Numbered from the stretch's first letter, positions 25,953 through 35,089 are shown. The stretch is DNA of 40,000 nt from Candidatus Peregrinibacteria bacterium RIFOXYA2_FULL_41_18 (GCA_001788795.1 MFXH01000010.1:9328-49327); one strand, 5' to 3'. Made by a program: numbers and translations. The notes: generated from the sequence alone by a model not told the origin.

Positions 25953-26000
25953 CTAGTAGCGGGTGTTAATAATAATCCCAATAATTGATACATTCTTCAT
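25953..26000 (-). CDS. Ile-rich leader peptide MKNVSIIGIIINTRY (15 codons plus TAG)
   Basis: ATG AAG AAT GTA TCA ATT ATT GGG ATT ATT ATT AAC ACC CGC TAC TAG. Five of 15 codons are Ile (all ATT). The stop codon forms the first 3 nt of the antiterminator strand. Confidence 0.65.
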   Translation of the reverse strand: MKNVSIIGIIINTRY

Positions 26001-26030
26001 CACTTGCGAGTCGGTTTATTGAACGCTCTT

Positions 26031-26058
26031 ATTTTATTATGCATTTTTTTTAAGTCAA
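26031..26058 (-). promoter_or_regulatory. Putative ilv-operon promoter TTGACT-16-TAAAAT
   Basis: On the minus strand the -35 is at 26058..26053 and the -10 at 26036..26031. The predicted TSS is about 25 nt before the leader ATG. Confidence 0.5.
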
Positions 26059-26110
26059 ATCTTTTGTCACTTCTATGAATATTATTTCGCAATCTTATAT
26101 TCAACTTGTC

Positions 26111-26150
26111 GTGTCAATCGCTTGACACAGTTTCGTTTTCGTGCAATATT
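26111..26150 (+). promoter_or_regulatory. Promoter TTGACA-17-AATATT (TG-extended) with the overlapping inverted repeat GTGTCAA-tcgc-TTGACAC
   Basis: The -35 is at 26122..26127 and the -10 at 26145..26150, preceded by TGc. The 7-bp inverted-repeat arms at 26111..26128 include the -35. Confidence 0.5.
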
Positions 26151-26198
26151 CTTATCTTAATTAAGCTCTTAATTAAGCCTCTTAACCCAAACAAGTCT

Positions 26199-28619
26199 AT
26201 GAAAAGACTAGTATCTATTTTTGCCGGATTGGCAATGATGGTATCCGTTGCGGTACCGCAAGCATTCGCGTTAACACCTAACGCTTCCGCTTCATCAACA
26301 TCAGTATTGGTTGGTGAAACAATTACATTATCCGTATCAGCTACCGACTTGGCAGCGGAAACGGATGAAGCTTCGGCTATGATATATTGGGGTGATAGCA
26401 CTACGACTTCAATATTGAAATCCGAATGTTCTGTCGATACATCAACCGCATCTGCATCGTGCGTATCGGCATCTCATTCTTATGCAAGCGCCGATACTTA
26501 TACCGTTACGATCTACGTATATGAGTATGATGCCGATCTTGGCTCTTCTCCAACTGGATATGAAACTACAACTGTTGCAGTTACTGTTACGGAACCTCTT
26601 CCTGACTTGGTTATGCAAACTGTCACTTACGATCCTTCTTATAGAGATGTTACTTATACTGTTGCAAATAAAGGATCTGCTAATATCGATTCGTCAACTG
26701 CAGGTTTGAATCAACTATCTGTTGTTTATACCGATGGGACAACAGAATCTCAGACTCATAACTGGACAGTACTTTCATCTTCACTAACTGCATTCTTAAC
26801 TGTCGGCAACAGTTCCGATATCCATTATTACCTTTCCGATTCGGGTAAGATTATTGATTCTATTACGGTTTGTGCGGATTCTATCAATGTCATGACTGGA
26901 TCTGAGGCTGTAATTGAAAGCGACGAGACAAACAACTGCTCAACTCTAGAATTCAGTTATCCTGATTTATTACCTACTGCAATAACAGTAGATGAATACG
27001 GATCTTTGTCTTATACGATTGAGAATCAAGGTGATGAAAACATTGCAACCGGCTCTGTTATTGAAGCGACTATAGACATCACTCCTCCTTCTTCAGCATC
27101 TTATACATTAACCGATGTACCTACGACTTCTTCCGATCTTGCATTCGCAGGACAAGGCGGTTCAAGCACGATTGCCACTGCAACACTTGCAAGTTATGGG
27201 ATTTATACTGTCGAAGTTTGCGTAGATTCAACAGATCAAGCTGCAGAAAGCAATGAGGATAATAACTGCATAACGGCATTGGTCAATTATGCGGATCCGG
27301 CAGTATATTATTATGATCTTGGAGTAGACAATTTGACTTACAATTATGTTTTTGGCGATGATTATTATTACATCGGTTATACGGTTTCAAATCTTGGGAC
27401 TTTGGACATAGATACTTCAGTTTATGATGGAGCTAACATTTGTACTATAAATTACCTTGATGGCAGTTCCAGATCTGTTTCTTACTCTTGGCAATACTCC
27501 TCTTTAACGGAATTTTTGACTGCTGGAGGAGTGTCTTCAGATTTTTCATTCTCTTTGAGCGGTGAAGATGTTTCTACAATTGATTCGGTCACGATCTGTG
27601 CAGATGGTTCATACATCCTTGCAGAAAGCGATGAAGACAACAACTGCAACAATATACAAATCGCTTCTGATGAAGAAGAAACTCCTCAATCTACTTTCAC
27701 AGTAGAAGCAGGATCAGATCAATCTGTAACTCTTGGTACAATTGTAACTGTTAGCGCGCTTGCAACAAATCTTGATGCTTCCGCTACCGGCATTACTGCA
27801 AATATCAACTGGAACGATGGTACCCTGACTCATGTTATAGGATCTTTCGATGATGCATCAGGTGTATATCTTATAGACAATCACGAATATACGGCTGCAG
27901 GTACTTACACTGTAACTGTCGAGGCTACTCAGTATAATAACGATTCAGTCGAAATAAGCACCGTATCTGATAGTTTGACTATTACTGTTACCGAAACTGC
28001 TTCTTCAGGCGGCGGATCAAGTGGTTCAAGCAGCACTCCTACTTATGGTGGAGGTGCAGGCTCAAGTAGCAGCACGTCGTCATCTTCAAGTACAACTTAT
28101 GGTGGCGGAGACCAAACTGAAACCGTAGAAGACGAACAAGATGTTATTGTCACTGAAGACAATACCACTACAGATGTTTGCGCAGAACTTCCTTTCACTG
28201 ATGTAAGCCCTGAAGCATCTTACTATGATGCGATTTATCAGGCTTGGTGCGATGGAATCGTTCACGGAAGAACTGAAACTTTATTTGCACCGGAAGATGC
28301 GATTTTGAGAGGTGAAGTTGCCAAGGTTGTTGTAGGAGTATTCGGTTATTCAATCAATTCCGAATTGACTGAAACATCTTATAGCGATCTTGATGCAAGC
28401 GAACCTTTGGCTCCTTACATCCAATCGTTAACCGACGAAGGAATCCTTCAAGGTTATGAAAGCGATGGGACATTCAAGCTCGATCAGGCAATAACCGTTT
28501 CTGAAGTTGACTCTATCTTATCAAGACTTGGAGTCACCGACAGTATTACTGAATACAGCGCAGGCGGATATGTTACAAGAGGCAAGTTTATGGAGTTCAT
28601 TCTTCAATACCTCTATTAA
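26199..28619 (+). CDS. Large secreted surface protein: PKD-like and CARDB repeats, Ser/Gly linker, C-terminal SLH domains
   Basis: I moved the start to the ATG at 26199 (MKRLVSIFAGLAMMVSVAVPQAFA signal peptide). It has repeated PDL...ESDETNNC / ESNEDNNC / ESDEDNNC CARDB endings. The C-terminal SLH motif is FTDVSPEASYYDAIYQAW...FAPEDAILRGEVAKVV. Confidence 0.85.
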   Translation: MKRLVSIFAGLAMMVSVAVPQAFALTPNASASSTSVLVGETITLSVSATDLAAETDEASAMIYWGDSTTTSILKSECSVDTSTASASCVSASHSYASADTYTVTIYVYEYDADLGSSPTGYETTTVAVTVTEPLPDLVMQTVTYDPSYRDVTYTVANKGSANIDSSTAGLNQLSVVYTDGTTESQTHNWTVLSSSLTAFLTVGNSSDIHYYLSDSGKIIDSITVCADSINVMTGSEAVIESDETNNCSTLEFSYPDLLPTAITVDEYGSLSYTIENQGDENIATGSVIEATIDITPPSSASYTLTDVPTTSSDLAFAGQGGSSTIATATLASYGIYTVEVCVDSTDQAAESNEDNNCITALVNYADPAVYYYDLGVDNLTYNYVFGDDYYYIGYTVSNLGTLDIDTSVYDGANICTINYLDGSSRSVSYSWQYSSLTEFLTAGGVSSDFSFSLSGEDVSTIDSVTICADGSYILAESDEDNNCNNIQIASDEEETPQSTFTVEAGSDQSVTLGTIVTVSALATNLDASATGITANINWNDGTLTHVIGSFDDASGVYLIDNHEYTAAGTYTVTVEATQYNNDSVEISTVSDSLTITVTETASSGGGSSGSSSTPTYGGGAGSSSSTSSSSSTTYGGGDQTETVEDEQDVIVTEDNTTTDVCAELPFTDVSPEASYYDAIYQAWCDGIVHGRTETLFAPEDAILRGEVAKVVVGVFGYSINSELTETSYSDLDASEPLAPYIQSLTDEGILQGYESDGTFKLDQAITVSEVDSILSRLGVTDSITEYSAGGYVTRGKFMEFILQYLY

Positions 28620-28635
28620 GAACTAGAAGAACTAC

Positions 28636-28672
28636 AAAAAAAGCTCTGCCACAAATCGGCAGGGCTTTTTTT
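28636..28672. terminator. Bidirectional intrinsic terminator
   Basis: An A-run, then AGCTCTGCC-acaaatc-GGCAGGGCT (one G-U pair), then a T-run of 7. The T-run overlaps the stop of the minus-strand gene. Confidence 0.75.
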
Positions 28673-29534
28673 AACTATGATACAACATTCTGGATTTCCA
28701 CCTTATAACAGGTTTTTTATTATTGAATAATACTTGAACGAAAGATTTAAAATCATAACGCTCATTGAGGATTATCGGTACTTTCCCGCTCGTATCCGAC
28801 ACCAAAACTATTCTTTCTATAATAACCGTTACACCCGGATACATTTTTTTCGTTCCTTCAATAAACTCGGAGATGGTCGATGCATTGACAGTCATTTTTT
28901 TTCCAAGCTCGTCAATTTCTTTTTTAATTTTCAACAAATCTTTATTTACTACAAATTTATCCCCTATCCACAACATCACCATCTTGAATATCACCTCCTT
29001 TACCTCCCATGGCTTAACCTCGGACGACCACGGGATAAATCCAAATTTCGCAAATTTAACAGTAATACTGCCTATATCCCTTGCGCAAACCACGTTCCAC
29101 CTGTTCCTTAACCATGCGAAATAGAGCGTAATGATTATAATACCTGTTGGTATCCCAAAAAGATAAGCCGGTTGAAACGCTGTATCAGGTACATCTGCGG
29201 CACACGCAATGACAGTCAACAAGATCGAAATTATCAAAATTGCAATAAACAATGCCGGTGCCATGCCTAGAGCGGATTTTTTGAAATAAAAAACATATCC
29301 TTCTTTTTTTCTTACAACCGCATATCCGAATTTAAACCTGCCAGCTATCTGCAATATTAGTGCCGCCAATATAGCAATCGCCTCAAATCCAATAGCATAT
29401 GGCAAAACTTTTTCTTGCATTTCGGTGATGCCGTTTGCACCTGCTGTGTAAGCAGTTATTTGAGTCGCCAACATTATGCCCAAAATACATGCATACGAGT
29501 AGCCGCTGAATATAAATTTAAGTATAGCAATCAT
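28671..29534 (-). CDS. Hypothetical membrane protein (about 4 TM plus a cytoplasmic C-terminal domain)
   Basis: 287-aa ORF, 13 nt downstream of the beta-CASP gene, no recognised family. Confidence 0.6.
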   Translation of the reverse strand: MIAILKFIFSGYSYACILGIMLATQITAYTAGANGITEMQEKVLPYAIGFEAIAILAALILQIAGRFKFGYAVVRKKEGYVFYFKKSALGMAPALFIAILIISILLTVIACAADVPDTAFQPAYLFGIPTGIIIITLYFAWLRNRWNVVCARDIGSITVKFAKFGFIPWSSEVKPWEVKEVIFKMVMLWIGDKFVVNKDLLKIKKEIDELGKKMTVNASTISEFIEGTKKMYPGVTVIIERIVLVSDTSGKVPIILNERYDFKSFVQVLFNNKKPVIRWKSRMLYHS

Positions 29535-29547
29535 TTATTTGATTGTA

Positions 29548-30945
29548 TTACAACTCAAACACCTCTCCAAATTGCGGTATTTGAATCCACTTAAATCCGT
29601 TTTGCGTCAAAGCATCTTTGAAAGCCATTTGCGCTTTCTCTTCCCCGTGTACCAGAAATACTTTTTTGATTCCTTTTATGTGAGTCGCAAAAGACAACAA
29701 ATCAGATCTGTCCGCATGAGCCGAATAAGCGTCTATAACTTCTACAGTACAATTCACTTCATAAGGCTTGCCGAAAATATTAACCTTCCTCTCTTTCTCA
29801 AGAAGTTTCCTGCCAAGAGTGTTTTCAGCCATATATCCGACTATCAAGACCGTATTTCTATGATCTTCTATGTTGTTTCTTAAGTGATGAAGTATTCGAC
29901 CGAACTCGCACATACCTGAAGCGGAAATTATTATACAAGGCCCGATGTGGTTGTTGAGAGCCTTAGAATCATCAACACTTGTGATGTATGTAAGACGAGC
30001 GAAAGAGAAAGGATCTTGCTTATCGTTCACAAACTCCTTCAAGGTTTCCTGATCGTAGAACTCCTTATGTTTCTTGAAAACTTCCGTTACGTTGACCGCA
30101 AGAGGACTGTCCACATAGACCGGAAGGTCTTGAGGAATTTTTCCGTTTTTGGATAGTTTATTAAGTGAATAGACTATCTCCTGCGTACGCTCCAATGCGA
30201 AAGCCGGAATTATAAGTTTTCCACCTTTTGCGGCAGTTTTGTTTATGATTTCCGCGAGTTTTGATTCCGCGTCCACAAAAGATTCATGCAATCTGTTGCC
30301 GTAAGTGCTTTCAGTAATCAAAATTTCAGCTTCCGGTACTTCATAAGGATCTCGCAAAAGCGGAAGGCCTTTTCTGCCGAGATCGCCCGTGAAGACGATT
30401 TTTTTCAACTGTGCATTTTCGTCAATAACTTCTATTTCGATAAGCGCGGCTCCGAGAATATGACCTGCTTCCCTGAATGTTACCGAGAAGCCCGGATAAA
30501 TTTCCGTTTTTTCATTAAAATTAACTTCTCTCAATTGTTTAATTGCGTCGTCCGCATCTTTTTCAGTATATAGCGGCTCTATTGGCGGTTCGCCTTTCTT
30601 AGCTTTTTTTTCATTTATATATTGAGCCTCTTTCTCCTGTATAAACGCACTGTCGCGCAACATATAATCGCAAAGATCTTTTGTAGCAGCAGTACAATAA
30701 ATCGGACCTTTGAATCCTTGTTTCACCAGAGTTGGCAAGTTGCCGGAATGATCGATATGCGCATGAGAAAGTACAACAGCTGTCAATTCACTTGGATTAA
30801 AAGGCAATTTCTCGTTTTTTGCCCTAGCTTCGTCTCTGCGACCTTGAAAACTTCCGCAATCAAATAAGACCTTTTTACCGTTTGCGACAAACATGTGCTT
30901 TGAACCTGTTACTTCTCTTGCAGCACCGTAAGATACGAATTGCAT
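29548..30945 (-). CDS. Metallo-beta-lactamase / beta-CASP family RNA-metabolising nuclease
   Basis: 465 aa with the HAHIDHSG motif, beta-CASP motifs and a C-terminal SAHADRSDL (motif C). Confidence 0.85.
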   Translation of the reverse strand: MQFVSYGAAREVTGSKHMFVANGKKVLFDCGSFQGRRDEARAKNEKLPFNPSELTAVVLSHAHIDHSGNLPTLVKQGFKGPIYCTAATKDLCDYMLRDSAFIQEKEAQYINEKKAKKGEPPIEPLYTEKDADDAIKQLREVNFNEKTEIYPGFSVTFREAGHILGAALIEIEVIDENAQLKKIVFTGDLGRKGLPLLRDPYEVPEAEILITESTYGNRLHESFVDAESKLAEIINKTAAKGGKLIIPAFALERTQEIVYSLNKLSKNGKIPQDLPVYVDSPLAVNVTEVFKKHKEFYDQETLKEFVNDKQDPFSFARLTYITSVDDSKALNNHIGPCIIISASGMCEFGRILHHLRNNIEDHRNTVLIVGYMAENTLGRKLLEKERKVNIFGKPYEVNCTVEVIDAYSAHADRSDLLSFATHIKGIKKVFLVHGEEKAQMAFKDALTQNGFKWIQIPQFGEVFEL

Positions 30946-30971
30946 ATATTGTTTTGGTTTTTATTTATAAT

Positions 30972-30980
30972 ATTATACCA
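30972..30980 (-). promoter_or_regulatory. Extended -10 element TGgTATAAT upstream of the beta-CASP gene
   Basis: The minus strand reads tggtataat, ending 26 nt before the ATG at 30945. I could not identify a convincing -35. Confidence 0.4.
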
Positions 30981-31012
30981 CAAAAAGGCCATGATTGGTA
31001 GGCTTAATAATG

Positions 31013-31540
31013 TTAATAATGGTTGATTTTGGCATAAGTCATTATATCTCTCCACTTCCCATGCTTGAATACCGAATCTTTATGCACGCCTTCCAGCTTG
31101 AATCCGCATCTTTCAAGTACTTTTTGAGATTGTAAATTTTCTTGAAAAACCTTCGCATATATTCTGTGCAGTTTTTTCTTTTGAAAAGCCATCTCCAATA
31201 TTTGTCGAACCGATTTCGTCATTATACCTTTCCCCCAAAATTTCTTACCCAGCCAATAACCCAATTCCGCGCGTTTATGAGTTTTGTTTATATGCATCAA
31301 ACTTATTACTCCGATTATGCTGCCGTCATATTCAATACCGAGAATCAGATCCTTATCTTTATCGGCATGATACTGTGCATGTCTTATGAATTTCACCGCA
31401 CCATCTTTTGGATATGGATACGGTATTGTCGCGGTCCATTTCGAGACCTCTTTATCTTTTACATTCTTATAAATATCATGCGCATCCGATAATCTCAGAT
31501 GTCTAAGCAGCGCCGAACATTTTTGAAATGAAGTCTCCAA
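31013..31540 (-). CDS. GNAT-family N-acetyltransferase (RimJ/RimL-like)
   Basis: 175 aa with ELGYWLGKKFWGKGIMTKSV (the acetyl-CoA-binding Q/RxxGxG/A region). The ORF start overlaps the upstream gene by 38 nt. Confidence 0.8.
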   Translation of the reverse strand: METSFQKCSALLRHLRLSDAHDIYKNVKDKEVSKWTATIPYPYPKDGAVKFIRHAQYHADKDKDLILGIEYDGSIIGVISLMHINKTHKRAELGYWLGKKFWGKGIMTKSVRQILEMAFQKKKLHRIYAKVFQENLQSQKVLERCGFKLEGVHKDSVFKHGKWRDIMTYAKINHY

Positions 31541-31988
31541 CGAAATGAGTAATAATTATAACTAAAATTGCTATAAACATATGCTCTGCAACTGCATGAA
31601 AAGGCTTCCCTTCTTTACTGTTTTTACCTATGAAATAGCTGAAAATACCTAGGAGTGAAAGCCCCCAAGCTATGCTCGCCCAAATCGCAATTTCTAGAGG
31701 AAGCATCATTATCGGAACCGCAAATGTAAGCGCGAAAAGACATTTAAAAACAAATGTTGAACCTGTTGATTCCCATATATCCCTGATTGAATTCTTGCCT
31801 TCCGATTCCTGAGAAATATGAATCCCGAGCGCATCTGAAAAAGCATCGGCTATCGCTATAGTTAAAATACCTCCGATAATTACCTCCTGAGAATGAGTGC
31901 CAGAATGAAGTCCGACTATAAGACCGAGCGTCGTAATAATACCTGATGTTAGCCCGAAGCTAAGACCGGTAAGGAGGGATTTGCGCAT
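31503..31988 (-). CDS. Small VIT1/CCC1-like (DUF125/TIGR00267-type) membrane protein
   Basis: 161 aa and about 5 TM. GLSFGLTSGIITTLGLIVG and IADAFSDALGIHISQES resemble short VIT-family proteins. This is from memory only. Confidence 0.55.
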   Translation of the reverse strand: MRKSLLTGLSFGLTSGIITTLGLIVGLHSGTHSQEVIIGGILTIAIADAFSDALGIHISQESEGKNSIRDIWESTGSTFVFKCLFALTFAVPIMMLPLEIAIWASIAWGLSLLGIFSYFIGKNSKEGKPFHAVAEHMFIAILVIIITHFVGDFISKMFGAA

Positions 31989-32022
31989 AATAGATAATAG
32001 ATAAAAGATAACAGGCTAGAGA

Positions 32023-33117
32023 TTACCATGGCCTTAATATTCCGTCATCAAAATTCATATTTTCGTCTATCATAACTCCTATCGTTTCCGAATATTTTTT
32101 TAGACGTGCGAGCATACTCGTTTTCTGTTCACCTTCCATAAGATATGGGTCTCCTTTGTTATCGGTAAGTTTAAGAGGTATGAGTGTAAAAGTCGGATCG
32201 TCCACTTCATCCTTGTCTTCAATTTTTATCATAACACCAAGACCTTCTTGCGTACCCGCAGACCAATACTGATCGAATGCAAGATTCCCTAGAGAATAGA
32301 AAATCATCCCATCGCTATAGTTCTCGATCGATTCGATAACATGAGGATGCGTTCCCCAAACAACATCAGCGCCCGCATCTATAAATTGATGCCCATAATC
32401 TTGAATCTTAGAGGAAGGCGTATTCACATATTCCGTACCCCAATGAATTGCAACTATTGTGAAGTCCGACTCTTCCGCAACTTGCTTAGTGAGTGAAATC
32501 GCTTGCGTATAATCGAGAGTTGCTTCCACTTCATTGAATCCGAGCCAGCCTATCTTTATTCCATTTATTTCTTGAATATATGATGAGAGCTCGTTTATTT
32601 CATTCGGTACTCCGACATAATTCACCCCTGCTTCAGTTAAGTAGATTCGAGTGTCTTCATATCCATTCTCGCCTTGATTGCGCATGTGATTATTTGCAAG
32701 CATTGCCATCGTTATACCCTGCTGTTTGATTAGCGATGCGACTTCCGGCTTGAAACTGAAACACAAATCGCAATAAGAGATTGTCTCATCTGTTATAGGG
32801 CCTTCAAGATTAACCGCCACTATTTCCGGATCTTCCGAATAAGTGCTTATTATTTCTTGAAAATGCGATAATGGAAAAGTCGGATCCGACTCTGCATATT
32901 TGCCGCGGAGCGTTGCTATATATCGACCGAGCATAAGGTCGCCGAAGAGAAAAATTTCCGTAGGATCTTTTTGAATATAAAGCTCCGGTTCCAGCACACG
33001 AGTCGGCAATCGGCTTACCGTTGCGTAGATTTTTTGCAACTGCAAAATATCGTCTTGGAAAATCCAAGATGGTATCTGTGAAATCAATATAACTATAATT
33101 GTGATAAATTTGGACAT
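32023..33117 (-). CDS. CapA/PgsA-family metallophosphatase-like protein
   Basis: Contains FGDLMLGR, ANNHMRNQG, VAIHWGTEY, GTHPHV and YSLGNLAFDQ, which are PGA_cap family motifs. Confidence 0.85.
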   Translation of the reverse strand: MSKFITIIVILISQIPSWIFQDDILQLQKIYATVSRLPTRVLEPELYIQKDPTEIFLFGDLMLGRYIATLRGKYAESDPTFPLSHFQEIISTYSEDPEIVAVNLEGPITDETISYCDLCFSFKPEVASLIKQQGITMAMLANNHMRNQGENGYEDTRIYLTEAGVNYVGVPNEINELSSYIQEINGIKIGWLGFNEVEATLDYTQAISLTKQVAEESDFTIVAIHWGTEYVNTPSSKIQDYGHQFIDAGADVVWGTHPHVIESIENYSDGMIFYSLGNLAFDQYWSAGTQEGLGVMIKIEDKDEVDDPTFTLIPLKLTDNKGDPYLMEGEQKTSMLARLKKYSETIGVMIDENMNFDDGILRPW

Positions 33118-33120
33118 TGT

Positions 33121-33579
33121 CTAATAATGATATTTTTTACCACTTATTATCGTGCTTGCTCTGAATATCTGCTCGAGCAGAATTACATAAGCAAACTGAT
33201 GAGTAAAAGTCAGGCGTGAAAATGATAATCTCAAGTGTGCCTTGCGCATGAGATCTTGTGATAAGCCGTAAGGACCACCGATTACAAACGTGATTTGAGT
33301 TTTGCCGAAATCTCTTTGCGTCTTGATAACTTGAGCAAACTCTTCTGATGAAAACTGTTTGCCTTCGCGATCGAGCGCGATTATGTAAGAATCTTGAGGT
33401 AAATGCTTGCACAGAGCGGTGCTTTCCTCCTCTATCGCAGGCCCAACTTCTTTTTTGCTTTCTTTAATTTCTCTCATTTCAACTTTCGCAAAAGAGCTTA
33501 GACGCTTCAAGAATTCCGCTTCCAGAGCGGTATATTCACTTTTCAGCTTCCCGACTTTTAGGATTGTGATTTTTAGCAT
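33121..33579 (-). CDS. rlmH: 23S rRNA (pseudouridine1915-N3)-methyltransferase RlmH
   Basis: 152-aa SPOUT protein with MLKITILKVGKLK... and a C-terminal GGPYGLS...LSFSRLTFTHQ. Confidence 0.9.
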   Translation of the reverse strand: MLKITILKVGKLKSEYTALEAEFLKRLSSFAKVEMREIKESKKEVGPAIEEESTALCKHLPQDSYIIALDREGKQFSSEEFAQVIKTQRDFGKTQITFVIGGPYGLSQDLMRKAHLRLSFSRLTFTHQFAYVILLEQIFRASTIISGKKYHY

Positions 33580-33598
33580 AACAGTTTAGAGTTTAGGT

Positions 33599-35065
33599 AT
33601 GAAGATGCAAAAAGGTCAAATAATAAATCTTGAAATCAAGAAACTTGCTTTCGGCGGCCAGGGTTTGGGCGTACTCGAAAATGTAATTTCTCAAAAACAA
33701 GAAGACGAGACTTATGTCGCCAGAACTTCTTCTCGTGCGGAAGATAACGGATTCAGAGTTTTTGCCGATGGCGTTGTGCCGGGAGATAAAATCGAAGCAC
33801 GTATCAAGAAAATCAAGAAAAACTATGCGGAAGCAGATGTTGTTAGCATTATAGAGCCTTCTCCTCTTCGCATTGCGCCAAAATGCAAACATTTCGGCAA
33901 GTGCGGCGGATGCAAGTGGCAGATGCTCGCTTATGAAGAGCAGTTGAAGTTCAAAGAGTCGCAGGTGCGCGAGGCTATGTCGCATGTCGGCGGTCTTAAG
34001 AATGTTGAAACCTTGGTTAAGCCTATAATAGGATGCTCCGAACCTTGGTTCTATCGAAATAAGATGGAGTTTTCTTTTGGAAATGAATCAAAAGAAGATA
34101 CCGAATTACGCCTTGGACTACATCCTGCAGGCAGACATGTTGATATATTTGATGTCGAAGAGTGCTTCTTGCAGTCCGAGAAATCGAGTGAGATTCTTGC
34201 GCGAGTGCGTGATTTTGCAAGAAAAAACAATTTGTCTTTTTACAACTCCGCTACCAATGCAGGGCTTTTATCCTCTCTTTATATAAGGGATGGCAAGAAT
34301 ACCGGAGAGATAATGGTCAATCTGGTTACTTGCGAAGAGTTTATGCTTGGTAAAGAATTCTGTGAGTTATTCGAAGACATGCCGGAGATTGTATCGATTT
34401 ATTGGACAAAAATTGCGAGAAAACGCGGTATGAAAACGCAAGTCGGAGAGGTTTTATTAAAAGGAAAACCTTCGATAAGAGAGGAATTAGGCATGAGGCA
34501 TGAGGCAGAAGGCAGAAGTTTGAAATTCAAGATTTCGCCGCAGGCTTTTTTTCAACCAAATACTCATCAAGCTGAAATATTATATTCGCAGGCCGTAAAA
34601 GCCGCCGGACTAACAGGTTCGGAAGTCGTATTTGATCTATATTGCGGAACCGGTACGATAGGACTTTTTTGCGCGCATAAAGCGAAGAAAATCTACGGGC
34701 TCGAGCTGAACGAAAGTGCGATTGCAAATGCAAAACAAAACGCAATGCTGAATGGGATTGAGAATTCATGGTTTAAGGCCGGCGATGTTGACAAGAGCAT
34801 TCGTGAAATACCAGACACGCCCGATGTCGTTATCGTCGATCCGCCAAGGGCCGGACTTGGAGAAAGCGTCGTTCTCAAGATTGTAGACTTCCAACCGAAA
34901 ACTGTCGTTTATGTTTCTTGTGATCCTGTGAATCTTGCTCGCGACCTTAAGACTTTTGAAGAAAATGGCTATAAAGTCGAAAGCATCCAGCCGGTCGACA
35001 TGTTCCCCCACACTTATCATATTGAGAATGTGGCGAGGATAGTTAAGGGGAAGTTTGGGAAGTAG
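33599..35065 (+). CDS. rlmD: RumA/RlmD-type 23S rRNA (uracil-C5)-methyltransferase
   Basis: It has a TRAM-like N-terminus, a 4Fe-4S cysteine motif (CKHFGKCGGCKWQ), SAM-binding LYCGTGTIG and a catalytic DPPRAGL. The exact paralogue (RlmD versus RlmCD/TrmA-like) is uncertain. Confidence 0.85.
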   Translation: MKMQKGQIINLEIKKLAFGGQGLGVLENVISQKQEDETYVARTSSRAEDNGFRVFADGVVPGDKIEARIKKIKKNYAEADVVSIIEPSPLRIAPKCKHFGKCGGCKWQMLAYEEQLKFKESQVREAMSHVGGLKNVETLVKPIIGCSEPWFYRNKMEFSFGNESKEDTELRLGLHPAGRHVDIFDVEECFLQSEKSSEILARVRDFARKNNLSFYNSATNAGLLSSLYIRDGKNTGEIMVNLVTCEEFMLGKEFCELFEDMPEIVSIYWTKIARKRGMKTQVGEVLLKGKPSIREELGMRHEAEGRSLKFKISPQAFFQPNTHQAEILYSQAVKAAGLTGSEVVFDLYCGTGTIGLFCAHKAKKIYGLELNESAIANAKQNAMLNGIENSWFKAGDVDKSIREIPDTPDVVIVDPPRAGLGESVVLKIVDFQPKTVVYVSCDPVNLARDLKTFEENGYKVESIQPVDMFPHTYHIENVARIVKGKFGK

Positions 35066-35089
35066 GAGAAGTAGAAGAAGTGACATAGT
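35047..35089 (+). repeat. Module M2 copy spanning the rlmD-like stop codon
   Basis: ggggaagtttgggaagTAGgagaagtagaagaagtgacatagt. The gene's TAG is at 35063..35065. Confidence 0.8.

Noticed and set aside
25866-26030. T-box or other riboswitch in the ilv leader
   Set aside because: I could find no T-box consensus (AGGGUGGNACCGCG-like) or specifier-loop architecture. The Ile-rich mini-ORF whose stop codon is embedded in the antiterminator strand explains the alternative structures better.
26106-26198. TTG-initiated 31-codon extension of the surface-protein ORF
   Set aside because: It would run through the predicted promoter. The ATG at 26199 is followed by a canonical signal peptide.
33593-33985. 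130-aa minus-strand ORF opposite the rlmD-like gene
   Set aside because: It lies entirely antisense to a motif-rich methyltransferase gene and overlaps the rlmH start region. It has no protein-like features.
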